The notes under the pieces were generated by a model. It searched no databases. It was not told the DNA's origin and worked only from the letters and a program-made list of their open reading frames with translations. A stretch of DNA of 64,000 nucleotides. It comes from a virus. Lineage: Duplodnaviria; Heunggongvirae; Uroviricota; Caudoviricetes. The DNA lies in the IMG/VR virus record IMGVR_UViG_3300043464_001836, positions 32,002 to 96,001 of that record, one strand, 5' to 3'. This document shows positions 1 to 10,062 of the stretch, one piece after another (position 1 is the first letter of the stretch; every line of letters starts with the position of its first letter). A program made the position numbers and the translations under genes.

Positions 1-2803
1 CCTGCCTCTTATCCTTGAAGTACTTCTTTACGTCATCAACTGCACATGGAAGGCTGAACACTTCCTTAGCAATACTGCTGTGAAAATCCTTTTTATCAAT
101 AAAAATCTGCTGAAGTTTCTTATCTCCGGACAGAACCGCTGCGATATATACCTCACCAGTTTGGAGGTCTTGGCTTACTATCTTCCAGCCTTCGTAGGCT
201 CCAGTACCCTTAATTGCACCCTTTACGCGCTTCTCATCTCTAGGAAGCTGCTGTGCATTAAACTTCCCTGAGCTAGATAAGCGCCCAGATGTAGTACTAG
301 TAAGGTTGAATCCTGTTCGTACTCTAAGGTCTCTATTAAGGTTTGCTAGAAGATTATCAACGTAGGTGTTTTTAATCTTTCCTAGCTTTCTGATGGAGAT
401 AATACTATTTACTACTTCGTGCTGGCCGTCTAGACTTTCTAGTACCTCAGCATCTGTACTTTGTAAACCAGTTCCAGTCTTCTTAGCTAGAGGAATTAAT
501 CCTAGTTTATCGAAAAGTAGCTTACGTAGCTGAAGAACACTATTAGGATTGAATTCCTTGCCTTGCTCTTTCTCAAACTCTATTACCTCTGGTAGGGAGT
601 ATAGGTGCTTCGTAGCGTCTGCAATAGCTTTATCAATAGTAGCCTGAGCAAACTGTAGTCTACGCTTATCGAAAGGCACTCCAGCTAGCTCAATATCTAC
701 TAGTGCTCGTAGAGAGGGCATTAGTAGACGATTATACACATGGTCTAGCTTGCTATTAGCAGTTACTAGTGGTTTGAACTTGTTATATAGTTCTAGGGTT
801 ACTCCGGTGTCTTTGCAGTTATGTACCAAGCCAGACTTAGTAAAAAAGTTAGCATTATCTTGCACATCTATGCACCACTTAGTTGCGTACCCTCTCCTAC
901 TTAGAGGAGGCTCCCACTTTGGTATCTCATAAATAGTTGCATAATAGTAGTTACTAGACTCACTGCTCCACTTATAAGGGGAATAGGTACCGTGGTATTT
1001 AGCAGGAATTTTATAATAGCAGTCTGGATGAAGGTACGTACTAATGGCAGTAAAGAAGTGCTCTGCATGTTCACTATCACACACTAAAAACTGATTATTT
1101 ACACCATCATTATGGTAACGAAACCCTTTTAGGCCTAATTCCTCCATCCTACGCAGGATTACAGGTACCTCTTCCTCTGTAAGGGTTCTACTCCATATAC
1201 GTGGTTGACTGCCTGCTAAGTTTCCATCATCCATGTACCATATAGCAATAGCCCTTAAGTCTATTTTTTTAGCTAAATCTTCAGTTATTTTTAGTTTATA
1301 CTTGTAGCTACCACTTCGTGTTTCTAATCCGTTATACAGGTCGGTATATAATAATGAGTACCCACTTGAGTAGGTATACATATCGTTCCTGTTGTCTAGG
1401 CCTTTAGTAGAGGAAACTTGTAGCGTATGGGCTCCTAGCATACTAGCCTTGAACGCGACATACTCTTTTCTTGGCTCTGCTTGGCTAACTGTTACACCAG
1501 CTCCGGAATTATTCCTAGCGTGTAAATACCCATCTCCTAGTAGGGAACCATACAGTACTTGGTAGCTATCCTCACTAAGATCTTTCTCTTGTGATAGTAT
1601 TCTATCACCTACGTGAATATCTTTTACTTCTGTCCACCCCCTATCTAGTAGATATACTCTGTGGTCACCAGTGTACTTAGGTCCTTGCAGAGAACCTTTA
1701 GTACCTGTTTCTTGTGAACCCATACCAATTCGTAGCTGAAACCACTCTTTTGACGTGTGAGGCTGCTTCACCCACCCGTAAATAGGTTTAGCCTCAATAG
1801 ACCCGGTTTTGAAGTTGTAAGATAGTACCTTCTCGGTACTCTTACTTCTTACTAAATCACCTATTGTCTTTAAAGAGCCATCTTCCATATACACATGAGA
1901 ATCATGGGTTAAACAAGCATAAGGATACATAGTACTAAAAGGAATCCGCTCGTAAGAGAACTCAGACTCTAGAAGGCCGTGCTCTCTGCAATAAGCCTTT
2001 TTGAAGTCATCTAGCTCGCTATCGTAAGCACCAAATTCTGTATACTTTAGCGCTAGACTCTTTAGGCCGTGTGAACCCTGAGTCTCGTCTAGTACATAGT
2101 GCAGAACTAGAGTATCCTCTAAGTCAGGGAACTTAAAGTTAAAGTGATACTGTAGCATTTTAACGTCAAACTTAGCGTTATGAAATACTACTTTGTATTT
2201 ATTGAAAAGATACTGAAATTTAGCTGCAACTTCGTCGTCAACACAGTCAGTATCAATATATGCAGCATTTTGCTCTCTAGCACAAATGCTGATACCTAGT
2301 ACATATCCATCGTGTGGATACAGTGCCGTAGTTTCCGTATCTAGGGCTAGCACTCCAGTTTCACTAGCAAACGCATCAACTAGGTCTAGGTAGCGTAGCG
2401 CTTCTTCCTTATCTTGAATTCCTAGCCAGGTTCCAGAAGTATTTACTAGGCTTTTTCCTTCTAGGACTTTATGTAGTCTTTCTACACTAGCGAGGAACTG
2501 AGGTTTATTCTCAGGCTTGAATACAATCATTGCAGGGTTTACTAGTGGAATGAACTTATCATTTACTAAGTGGCCTGCGAAGTCAGTTACTGAGGTAATT
2601 TTAGCGTAGTACTTTGCAGCTTCACTACCTACTAGAATTACATAGTCATAGTCATCTGGGTTGAACTCAATGTCCACGTCTTTCTTTAGAACTTTTGCTA
2701 GTTTAACGGAGCTAAGTCTAAATAGTTCAAAGTCAAATTCAAAGTAGTCCTTATACCGATTGCTCGACGGGCACTTTTCGATTACGGCGATACGTCTATT
2801 CAT
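1..2803 (-). CDS. DNA polymerase, family A (T5-like), N-terminal ~934 codons in window; the ORF continues past the window start. The host protein is interrupted by an in-frame intein.
   Basis: Hand translation of the minus strand from ATG at 2803 gives an uninterrupted frame. Exo I LALDTETT, Exo II VVFHNAKFD and Exo III YPYA/CKD are present, with the polymerase motif TSGRLSSSGKFNAQQLP downstream. It is absent from the ORF track only because the ORF is truncated by the window edge. Confidence 0.85.
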   Translation of the reverse strand, partial: MNRRIAVIEKCPSSNRYKDYFEFDFELFRLSSVKLAKVLKKDVDIEFNPDDYDYVILVGSEAAKYYAKITSVTDFAGHLVNDKFIPLVNPAMIVFKPENKPQFLASVERLHKVLEGKSLVNTSGTWLGIQDKEEALRYLDLVDAFASETGVLALDTETTALYPHDGYVLGISICAREQNAAYIDTDCVDDEVAAKFQYLFNKYKVVFHNAKFDVKMLQYHFNFKFPDLEDTLVLHYVLDETQGSHGLKSLALKYTEFGAYDSELDDFKKAYCREHGLLESEFSYERIPFSTMYPYACLTHDSHVYMEDGSLKTIGDLVRSKSTEKVLSYNFKTGSIEAKPIYGWVKQPHTSKEWFQLRIGMGSQETGTKGSLQGPKYTGDHRVYLLDRGWTEVKDIHVGDRILSQEKDLSEDSYQVLYGSLLGDGYLHARNNSGAGVTVSQAEPRKEYVAFKASMLGAHTLQVSSTKGLDNRNDMYTYSSGYSLLYTDLYNGLETRSGSYKYKLKITEDLAKKIDLRAIAIWYMDDGNLAGSQPRIWSRTLTEEEVPVILRRMEELGLKGFRYHNDGVNNQFLVCDSEHAEHFFTAISTYLHPDCYYKIPAKYHGTYSPYKWSSESSNYYYATIYEIPKWEPPLSRRGYATKWCIDVQDNANFFTKSGLVHNCKDTGVTLELYNKFKPLVTANSKLDHVYNRLLMPSLRALVDIELAGVPFDKRRLQFAQATIDKAIADATKHLYSLPEVIEFEKEQGKEFNPNSVLQLRKLLFDKLGLIPLAKKTGTGLQSTDAEVLESLDGQHEVVNSIISIRKLGKIKNTYVDNLLANLNRDLRVRTGFNLTSTTSGRLSSSGKFNAQQLPRDEKRVKGAIKGTGAYEGWKIVSQDLQTGEVYIAAVLSGDKKLQQIFIDKKDFHSSIAKEVFSLPCAVDDVKKYFKDKRQ
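818..1915 (-). mobile_element. Intein (366 aa) with a LAGLIDADG homing-endonuclease domain, inserted in the Exo III motif of the DNA polymerase
   Basis: Starts with Cys (CLTHDSHV, block A). Block B is TGDHRVYLL...VGD. The two LAGLIDADG motifs are LYGSLLGDGYL and AIWYMDDGNL. It ends in VHN followed by the C-extein Cys (CKDTGV). Removing it joins YPYA to CKD, restoring the exonuclease Y-x3-D motif. Confidence 0.8.
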
Positions 2804-3668
2804 TATCTTTCCTTTTTATTAGGCTAGAGGAAGCCATGTTAGCTAGATATGCACTTACTTGTTCTTTAGTTAGGTCGCATGGGTCTTCGCCATCTGCCAG
2901 TCCTGCATCCATAACAAAGAAGTTTTCAGCTTCTAGTAACGGTTTAATATCTTCAGTTGCTTGTCTACCAGCGTCATCACCATCTAGCATCAGGTATATT
3001 CTAGATACGCCTGAAAGCTTGAAGATTGACACTACTTCCTTATTTAAGCCCTTCTTTCCGTGTAGTCTATTAACTCCACTAAGAGCTATAACATTCTTGA
3101 AACCATAGTCCCATAGTCGTAACGCATCAAAGATGCCTTCTACTATAATGATAGTGCTATGCTCTGGCTGTGGTTTTGCAGGAAATAAAGGTACTTTAGC
3201 TCCTGGAGGTGTAATAAGGTACCTTAGCTCAACATTTGGGTCAATAGCCCTAGCGTTGAAAGCTCTAATTTTACCATTTGTATCTCGCATAGGAAAACAG
3301 ATTCTACCATTTTCTTCATATGCTTCAAAGTGCCTATATGTATTGACACTAATATCCCTGAAAGGTTCACTAATAGGAGCTACTTTAGCAGGAAGCTCCA
3401 AGCCTCTAGATTCTTCTATAACTTCTTTAATCTTTGCCTTTAGCAAGTCTATTCTAGCTAGTCTTCCATCTACTTGAACTCCATAAAAGTCAAATACATT
3501 AACTGAGAAGCCGCAGGAGAAGCACCTTCCAATGCCTAGATTCTTATCTATTCGCATGGAAGGATTACGGTCTTCATGCTCCGGGCTTAGGCAGTTTACT
3601 AGGAGGTCTTTACCCTTAGGTGTATACCTTACGTTGTTCTCTTGCAGTATGTTTTCTACTTCTGTCAT
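2796..3668 (-). CDS. DNA primase (DnaG-like: CHC2 zinc finger plus TOPRIM)
   Basis: Zinc-finger residues CLSPEHEDRNPS...CFSCG. TOPRIM motifs EGIFDALRL and LMLDGDDAG. The stop overlaps the polymerase start by 8 nt. Confidence 0.8.
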   Translation of the reverse strand: MTEVENILQENNVRYTPKGKDLLVNCLSPEHEDRNPSMRIDKNLGIGRCFSCGFSVNVFDFYGVQVDGRLARIDLLKAKIKEVIEESRGLELPAKVAPISEPFRDISVNTYRHFEAYEENGRICFPMRDTNGKIRAFNARAIDPNVELRYLITPPGAKVPLFPAKPQPEHSTIIIVEGIFDALRLWDYGFKNVIALSGVNRLHGKKGLNKEVVSIFKLSGVSRIYLMLDGDDAGRQATEDIKPLLEAENFFVMDAGLADGEDPCDLTKEQVSAYLANMASSSLIKRKDNE

Positions 3669-3669
3669 T

Positions 3670-5091
3670 TCAGTCCCAAGGTTGGTTACCTTTTGGTTTA
3701 GGTTTAGGTATATCTAAATCGTTAGCATCTTCAACTACTGTAGGTGCTTCGGTTTTTTCTTTCTTAGATTTCTTAGTAGGTTTCTCACACTCTGCTGGGT
3801 TAATCTTCAACGTCTCCCAATTAATACCGTTACTAAAGTCAAGAGGTGGACCACCACGAATCTTAGTAGTCTCGAAAGAGATAGTACCGTCATCCTTATC
3901 GTGTGCATCTAGTAGGAAAGCTACGTCACAGCTATCTAGAATACCCTTAGCGAACCTAGTACCTCCATTATCATCAATCTGATATGGTGACACAATACAA
4001 ATGTCGTACTTTCTAGCAAGTTCCTTCAGCTTTTTACTTACAGTGATTTGAGCAGTCCAATCGTACATGCCTCCTTGATTTCCAGGTATTACAATCTGGT
4101 TTAGGTAGTCGATTACTGCTAGCTTGAAGTTATCACCGAACTTAGCTTTCAGCTTTTGCAGGTGTAAGTCGATAGAAGTAATGCTAAGCTCTCTATCGTC
4201 AATAATTACAATCTGATTGTCTGGCTTAAGATGCTTAGTCTTAATTAGAGCAGCCTCAAACTTAAGTACATCACCATGCTCTATATACTCAGCTACTAGG
4301 TCATCTGACTCCGTAAACATTTCAGCTCTAGCTTTAACTAGCTTTAGCTTATCTGAGTCTGATAAAGTATCTTGTTTAAGCTGTATATGTGATACTCCAG
4401 CTCTAATTGACATTAGTCGTTGGAATGTTTCACGACCAGACATTTCAATAGTAAAGTACACACTAGTATGTCCTAGTGCATATTGAGCCTCTACGAAGTT
4501 AGCACAAACGATAGACTTACCAGCACCGCGCTTTCCACCTAGTAAGATAATTTCCTGTCGGTACAAACCGCCTAGAACAGAGTCTAGCGTATTAGAGATA
4601 CCACTAGGAAATCTGATGTACTCTCTATCTACTACTGTATTAAATAGTAGGATGTTATCCATACTAATAATATCTTCAGAAGTATGAGTCTTCTCGTCTA
4701 GCTTCATTACTACTGCACTAAGCTGGTCTTTGATTTCCTGAGTATCCATCATACTCACGTTTTCAACAAACTTAGTAAGCAGCTTTAGTGTTTCGTCTTG
4801 AGTATAGCTATTAATTAGCGCATCAACCGCTACATCTATATCTATTTCGTCTGCGTCTATGTCTAGACTATTTAAGGATGCTACAGAGCTAAGTACTCCT
4901 CCACTTCTCTCATAGGCTGTACCTAATTCCTCGAATGTAGGTATATGCCCATAAGCATCATAGAAAGAAGCAATAGTGGCGAAGATAGTAGTATAGGCTT
5001 GATTGAAGAACGCAAGTTTTAGTTTGGCCCAAGTTGCTAGGTCTTTATCTTTGATAACTTTGTATAAAACAATCGCACCAATATCTGCCAT
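3670..5091 (-). CDS. Replicative DNA helicase, DnaB-like
   Basis: Walker A GGKRGAGKS, a RecA-like core and an acidic C-terminal tail. Confidence 0.75.
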   Translation of the reverse strand: MADIGAIVLYKVIKDKDLATWAKLKLAFFNQAYTTIFATIASFYDAYGHIPTFEELGTAYERSGGVLSSVASLNSLDIDADEIDIDVAVDALINSYTQDETLKLLTKFVENVSMMDTQEIKDQLSAVVMKLDEKTHTSEDIISMDNILLFNTVVDREYIRFPSGISNTLDSVLGGLYRQEIILLGGKRGAGKSIVCANFVEAQYALGHTSVYFTIEMSGRETFQRLMSIRAGVSHIQLKQDTLSDSDKLKLVKARAEMFTESDDLVAEYIEHGDVLKFEAALIKTKHLKPDNQIVIIDDRELSITSIDLHLQKLKAKFGDNFKLAVIDYLNQIVIPGNQGGMYDWTAQITVSKKLKELARKYDICIVSPYQIDDNGGTRFAKGILDSCDVAFLLDAHDKDDGTISFETTKIRGGPPLDFSNGINWETLKINPAECEKPTKKSKKEKTEAPTVVEDANDLDIPKPKPKGNQPWD

Positions 5092-5093
5092 AA

Positions 5094-5393
5094 CTACGTA
5101 CTCTTTATTTCGTTATCTCTTAGTACCGAGGACAACTCCTTCTTTACTGTGCTCATAGTATCCGCCGTTAGTAAAGATAGCCTTTGAGGATAAAGGTTTT
5201 TATCATCAAATAGTAATGACAGTTGTTCATGAACAACCATCTGCTGTAGTGCAAAGTAAAGAATATCTCTAGGCTTATTGCTGTTAGGAGCTACCTCTAC
5301 TGTTGTAAATTCGCCGTAGTTGTGTTTAGCACGAGATACAACTTCTTCAATACTTAAGGCGTCTTCGTCAAAGTATGTAATAGTTACTTTCAT
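5094..5393 (-). CDS. hypothetical protein
   Basis: ORF in operon context. Confidence 0.4.
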   Translation of the reverse strand: MKVTITYFDEDALSIEEVVSRAKHNYGEFTTVEVAPNSNKPRDILYFALQQMVVHEQLSLLFDDKNLYPQRLSLLTADTMSTVKKELSSVLRDNEIKST

Positions 5394-5743
5394 ATATCTC
5401 CATATGAAAATGCCTGTATCTGCACCTTGGTACTAGTAGTAATCCAGTCTAGTGCTTCTTGCCTAAATGCACTACCTGCGTAGACTATAATAGCTTTAGT
5501 AATGTTGTCTGTGTTTAATGCTGATTGCATTGAAAGAGCTAAGTAAGGAAGTTTTTCATCCGTAGTGCCTTGGACGTTCTGCTCTCTACATTCAACAAGA
5601 GTCTTAGAACCATCTGAGTTAAGCACTACTAGACTAGCCTTTTTCTTAGTATTAAAAATAGTTTTGTAGAAGTAACCTTGTAAAACCATAGCACCTTCAG
5701 CTAGGTACTTTTCTATTACTGCTTTAGTTAGTGTATTACTCAT
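5390..5743 (-). CDS. hypothetical protein
   Basis: ORF with start/stop overlaps to both neighbours. Confidence 0.4.
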   Translation of the reverse strand: MSNTLTKAVIEKYLAEGAMVLQGYFYKTIFNTKKKASLVVLNSDGSKTLVECREQNVQGTTDEKLPYLALSMQSALNTDNITKAIIVYAGSAFRQEALDWITTSTKVQIQAFSYGDI

Positions 5744-6219
5744 AGTATGTGGTGAACTCCTGGTTGAATATTCTTACTTTCTCTCTCCCATACGTACCAA
5801 GCATACTCAGTACTATCTGTACCTCCACCAGTAAAACTAGGACGTTTACTAAGCACAAATAGCGAAGTAGGCTCATTCCCCTTCCAGAAAGCGTGTCTCT
5901 TCTGAGCTCCTAGGAAGTTAAGTCTTAGCAGCATTATTACTGTAGGTGCTAGAGATAGGGAATGCACTACAAACTCTTGAGCTAGAGAGTATGGAGGGTT
6001 AGTAAGGATAAGGTCTACAGTATTACTGTATTCGAAAAAGTCCTTACCTTCCTGAATTTCACAGTAGTCAGTCTCCAGACCTTTAGAAGTTAGAAACTGT
6101 AGTATCCTACCATCACCAGCACAAGGCTCTAGAGCGGTAGAGTACTTAGAGTAATCTATAGGTAGCTTTTCATAGCACCAAGAAGGTGTGGGGTAGAAAT
6201 CATATGCGTTTCTTGCCAT
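5740..6219 (-). CDS. Small DNA methyltransferase (N6-adenine/N4-cytosine type)
   Basis: SAM motif EPCAGDG. Catalytic motif NPPY. N-terminal DFYPTP. Confidence 0.65.
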   Translation of the reverse strand: MARNAYDFYPTPSWCYEKLPIDYSKYSTALEPCAGDGRILQFLTSKGLETDYCEIQEGKDFFEYSNTVDLILTNPPYSLAQEFVVHSLSLAPTVIMLLRLNFLGAQKRHAFWKGNEPTSLFVLSKRPSFTGGGTDSTEYAWYVWERESKNIQPGVHHIL

Positions 6220-6272
6220 TATATCTCCATGAAAAAAGGGATGGCCCGTAGAACCATCCCTTTGTTTAGCTA

Positions 6273-7013
6273 TTACTCAGCTAGTTTCTTGGCTTCGTTC
6301 TTAGCTTTCTTTTCGCTGCCCTTATAGTCAGTACAGTCGATACCACGACGGGTTAGAGTAACTTTGATACCGCGTTCGGTTTTACCCGTAGCAGCAACAA
6401 TATCTGCTAGAGACATAGTGCCAATGTTGCTTAGGTTAGCCAGAATGTCGGCTTCGGCCTTAGCGTGTGATTCCTTCTGAGCAGGGATACCAGCAATTTC
6501 ACCAGTACGAAGGAAGGAAAGAGCCTTACCCCGAACTGAATTGACTGTCTTACCTAGAGCAGCTGCAATTTCTTCAACAAAAGCACCGGCAGTACACATT
6601 TCTAGGAAAGTGGCTTCCTCAGCAGGAGTATAGGTACGAGCAGCTTCTACGCGCTCAGCAGGCTTAACATGAGCAGTAAGTTCTAGGCTAAGTAGCTTAC
6701 CCTGAACTTGCTTACTAGTGAAAGCGCCACCAAGTACTTGCTCAGCGATTTGAGCGTAGGTGAACTGACCAGAGTTAGCTTCAACAAACTCGGCTAGAAC
6801 AGCGGCTTCGTCGGCGGTGAATACGGGGCCTTTAACTTGGGCCATGGACGCAACTTCAATACCTAGTTTACGTAGTTTACTAGCAATACTGCGCTCAGAG
6901 ACTTCAAGAGCTTCGGAAGCAGCCTTTACTAGTTCTAGGTTAACAGGTGCTTGACCCTCAACCATAGAGGTTAGTAGGTTGGTACGGTCTTCGGTCCATT
7001 TTTGGGTAGTCAT
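6273..7013 (-). CDS. hypothetical protein with three internal HTH-like repeats
   Basis: Repeated units SERSIASKLRKLGIEV, VNSVRGKALSFLRTGEIAGIP and TGKTERGIKVTLTRRGID. Confidence 0.4.
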   Translation of the reverse strand: MTTQKWTEDRTNLLTSMVEGQAPVNLELVKAASEALEVSERSIASKLRKLGIEVASMAQVKGPVFTADEAAVLAEFVEANSGQFTYAQIAEQVLGGAFTSKQVQGKLLSLELTAHVKPAERVEAARTYTPAEEATFLEMCTAGAFVEEIAAALGKTVNSVRGKALSFLRTGEIAGIPAQKESHAKAEADILANLSNIGTMSLADIVAATGKTERGIKVTLTRRGIDCTDYKGSEKKAKNEAKKLAE

Positions 7014-7017
7014 ATTT

Positions 7018-7782
7018 TTATAAATCCTTTTCTAAGTCTTTGATAGTTGAAATCATTATACCTAATGATTGAGCTTTAGTTAATTTAGAGCTTTGTCTAT
7101 CTTCTTCGTTAATTAAAATGTCCGTAGCTTTAGTTACACTATCGACTACGGTGTACCCAAGACTCTCTAGGTGTCTAGCAGCGTCTGAGCGGTTTTTGAA
7201 ATCTAGCAGCTTGCCGGTAATACATACTTTCAAGCTATTAGATTGTACTGCTGGCTTAGCTTGTTGTGTAAACTTACTAAGCAGTTTCTTCAAATTAAAG
7301 TATTCTTCACTTTCTAGGAAAGAAAGTAGGTTATACGTAACCTTTTCTCCCAGCCCTGCTTTACTACAGGTTTCTCTGCTAATTTCTGAGAAAGAAGTAA
7401 TGTGCTCACAAAGTTTATTTGCTGCTGTTTCCCCCACTAGAGGGATACTAAGTCCAGCAATTACACGGTTTAGGGTCGTGTACTTTTCAGCATTACGAAT
7501 TTCAGCAAATAGTTTAGTACCAATAGTGTCTCCAAGGGTATCCTTATAGTAGGATTCGCTGAAGGTAAACAGGTCTAGGATGGATTCAAAGTCTAGCTTT
7601 GTTAGAGCAGCTGGACCGAAACCTTTTACTTTTATTGACTTACAGAAGTGCTCTAGCTTCTTTAGAGACTGAGCAGGACAAAGTTTATTCTTGCAGAATA
7701 ACTGGTCATTTTGTAGTACAAGCGTAGAGGAACAGGAGGGGCACTGAGTGGGGGGGATTATTTTATACATTGGTTCTCTCAA
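7018..7782 (-). CDS. NAD-dependent DNA ligase, C-terminal part (Zn finger, HhH, BRCT): ligase subunit B of a split gene
   Basis: CPSCSSTLV...CKNKLCPAQ tetracysteine finger, HhH-like segment and BRCT-like C-terminus. Confidence 0.7.
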   Translation of the reverse strand: MREPMYKIIPPTQCPSCSSTLVLQNDQLFCKNKLCPAQSLKKLEHFCKSIKVKGFGPAALTKLDFESILDLFTFSESYYKDTLGDTIGTKLFAEIRNAEKYTTLNRVIAGLSIPLVGETAANKLCEHITSFSEISRETCSKAGLGEKVTYNLLSFLESEEYFNLKKLLSKFTQQAKPAVQSNSLKVCITGKLLDFKNRSDAARHLESLGYTVVDSVTKATDILINEEDRQSSKLTKAQSLGIMISTIKDLEKDL

Positions 7783-7834
7783 CGTGAAGAAGATATTATA
7801 CGGTACTTAGAATATAAAATCAAGAGTATTTTTC

Positions 7835-8812
7835 TTAATCGAGGACTCGTCGCACAATAGTAGGGATAATATCTCCAGCCTTGATTAGCTCCACAGTACA
7901 CTCAAGTTCTAGCCCAAGAGCTTCGATGAAGGCCTGGTTGTTAAGAGTAGCTCTAGTAATAGTAGCGTCTCCAATTTTACAAGGTTCTAGGATAGCTACC
8001 GGGGTAACTTTTCCAGATTTACCAACCTGCCACTCAACTGATAGGAGTTTGGTAGTTACCCCTAGTTTACGCTGCTTTAGCGCGTAAGCACCTTTGGGAT
8101 GCTTAGAAGTGTACCCTAGTGATTCAAACAACCGATTATCATTGATACGGATTACTAGGCCATCTGAATCAAACTTAGCACACCAATCCTCGTCAGCTAC
8201 AGTCTTAAACCCTTCTAGTCGTAGCGTCTCTAGGTCTAGCTCATACGTAGGAGTCATAGGAAACAGCCCGTAGGCGGTAAAGAACAACTCTCTAGTATTA
8301 AACTCATTTAAGTCTAGTAGAGCTAGAGCACCTGACGCGTAGTTACGAGGATTATCAACTTCTGATAGAGCAGTAACCTCCCCAGTTACTTGGATTAGTC
8401 CTAGAGCCTTGATTTGCTTAGGTAAAATCGCTTGTGTACTGAAAAGGAACTTTTCAGTAATATCCCGACCCTCAATGCCGTCTCCGCGCGTTAAAACCTG
8501 AGTTAGCTTACCGTCAACATATAAGGCACTAATAGCAGCACCATCTAGCTTGGTTGACTCATACTTGAATCCATTATACTCTGCTAGAGGTACTTTACCT
8601 TCACCTCGATAGTACTTCTGTAGAGAGTACATACGAGTCCAGTGCTTCTTAGTGTCTGAAGAAGGCTTGCTACCTACCTCCTTAAAATCAATCAAGTCTG
8701 CTAGGTAGTCGAACTGCTCGTCCGTGATAATAGGATTACCTTCATAGTAAGCAGCAGAGGCTTGCTTTAGATAGGAATAAAGATAGTCGTCTTTAGCAGC
8801 TTCAAAATTCAT
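7835..8812 (-). CDS. NAD-dependent DNA ligase, N-terminal part (Ia domain, adenylation domain, OB fold): ligase subunit A
   Basis: Ia domain YYEGNPIITDEQFD. Adenylation motif I KLDG (STKLDGAAISALYVDG). Confidence 0.8.
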   Translation of the reverse strand: MNFEAAKDDYLYSYLKQASAAYYEGNPIITDEQFDYLADLIDFKEVGSKPSSDTKKHWTRMYSLQKYYRGEGKVPLAEYNGFKYESTKLDGAAISALYVDGKLTQVLTRGDGIEGRDITEKFLFSTQAILPKQIKALGLIQVTGEVTALSEVDNPRNYASGALALLDLNEFNTRELFFTAYGLFPMTPTYELDLETLRLEGFKTVADEDWCAKFDSDGLVIRINDNRLFESLGYTSKHPKGAYALKQRKLGVTTKLLSVEWQVGKSGKVTPVAILEPCKIGDATITRATLNNQAFIEALGLELECTVELIKAGDIIPTIVRRVLD

Positions 8813-8904
8813 TTAAGTCCTTAATTTGGTTCGGTTTTTAATTTGGTTCGGTTTTTAATTACCTACTACAATTTTCACTTTGGTTCGGTTTTTAACTAGT
8901 AATT

Positions 8905-9156
8905 TTAACTAGTTTCCTGCTGCTCGCCCTCAGAAACTAGCTCCTTCAAGCCTTCTAGTAACTCTCTAGTGAAAGTAAGTTCTAGAGGTATGCTGATGCC
9001 TTTACGAGTAGGCTGCCATTCACTATCAAAGTCTAGGAAGTACTCACGTATATTTAGATAGTGCTCGCCTCTAAATTCTGTTACCGTGAGTCTCCACTGA
9101 GAGAAGTCGTCTACTCGTTCTTTTAGAACTTTGGAGTAGACTACTTCATCCGGCAT
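8905..9156 (-). CDS. hypothetical protein
   Basis: ORF in the minus-strand operon. Confidence 0.4.
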   Translation of the reverse strand: MPDEVVYSKVLKERVDDFSQWRLTVTEFRGEHYLNIREYFLDFDSEWQPTRKGISIPLELTFTRELLEGLKELVSEGEQQETS

Positions 9157-9439
9157 AAGGTTGCCGTACTACCTGATTTAGAGCTACTACGCTGATAACA
9201 TCAGTAGTATTGATAGGTTTGAAGTCATCCAGGTCATAACAAAATACTAGTACCTGGTTCTCCTCTAGTTTGATATTACGAGTTCGCATAGCTAATTTGC
9301 GAGCAATATACGGAGAAGTCTCTACTCGAAAGTCCATAGTAGCTACGTGATACTTAAACTTCCGACTCACACTGGAGATATAGTTGATATATACATCACC
9401 GTGTTCACGTAGGCTATTGACAAAGGCAGTACGATTCAT
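9146..9439 (-). CDS. hypothetical protein
   Basis: ORF in the minus-strand operon. Confidence 0.4.
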   Translation of the reverse strand: MNRTAFVNSLREHGDVYINYISSVSRKFKYHVATMDFRVETSPYIARKLAMRTRNIKLEENQVLVFCYDLDDFKPINTTDVISVVALNQVVRQPYAG

Positions 9440-10056
9440 TGTATTTTAATTCCATATTTGGTTAGGTGTTCCAAGGAAGCTAGTTCCTCAGCAGGTTGGT
9501 AGGCATTCTGCTGCCACTTCTCGTCTTCTAGGTAGATAGCATATACCTTAGAAGGATAGTTCTTATTAGCTACTTCGTACTTAATACGAGCCATGGACTC
9601 ATATCTAGCAGACCATACTTTCTGACCCTCAGCGAACTCGTCACGTCGTGCAGCCTCTGGGATTAGCTCTGGAGTAGTGTAGCTCCAGCCCATACTACGC
9701 CGAGGGGTCTGCGTCTTCTTAAGAATGTTATCTACAAAAGACGGAGAGCGGTACAAATCTTCAGCAATACTAGAGACAGTAGAGCCTGCTAGGTACGCAG
9801 TTATACTATACTCGATTTCAGATGCTGTGGCTGGAGTATACGCCTTCTGCGCTTTTAACTCTGCAATACGTAGCTTCTTAGCTTTGTAGTTCTCAATAAT
9901 AGTATTGAGACGTGTAGTATTGTAGGTTATGCGAAGAATAGCGCACGCTTCTTTCTTAGTACAAGGCTTCTCGGCTTCTAGAAGACCGATAACCTTTTCC
10001 AGGTTAGATTCAGATAAATCCTCACTGTCCTTAGTTACAGTCTTCTTAGCAGCCAT
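9436..10056 (-). CDS. hypothetical protein
   Basis: ORF in the minus-strand operon. Confidence 0.45.
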   Translation of the reverse strand: MAAKKTVTKDSEDLSESNLEKVIGLLEAEKPCTKKEACAILRITYNTTRLNTIIENYKAKKLRIAELKAQKAYTPATASEIEYSITAYLAGSTVSSIAEDLYRSPSFVDNILKKTQTPRRSMGWSYTTPELIPEAARRDEFAEGQKVWSARYESMARIKYEVANKNYPSKVYAIYLEDEKWQQNAYQPAEELASLEHLTKYGIKIQ

Positions 10057-10062
10057 TTTGTA

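Noticed and set aside
2836-4486. Plus-strand ORFs of 89-120 aa antisense to the primase and helicase genes
   Set aside because: They are shadow ORFs within long, motif-rich minus-strand genes, with low-complexity Ser/Leu-rich translations.
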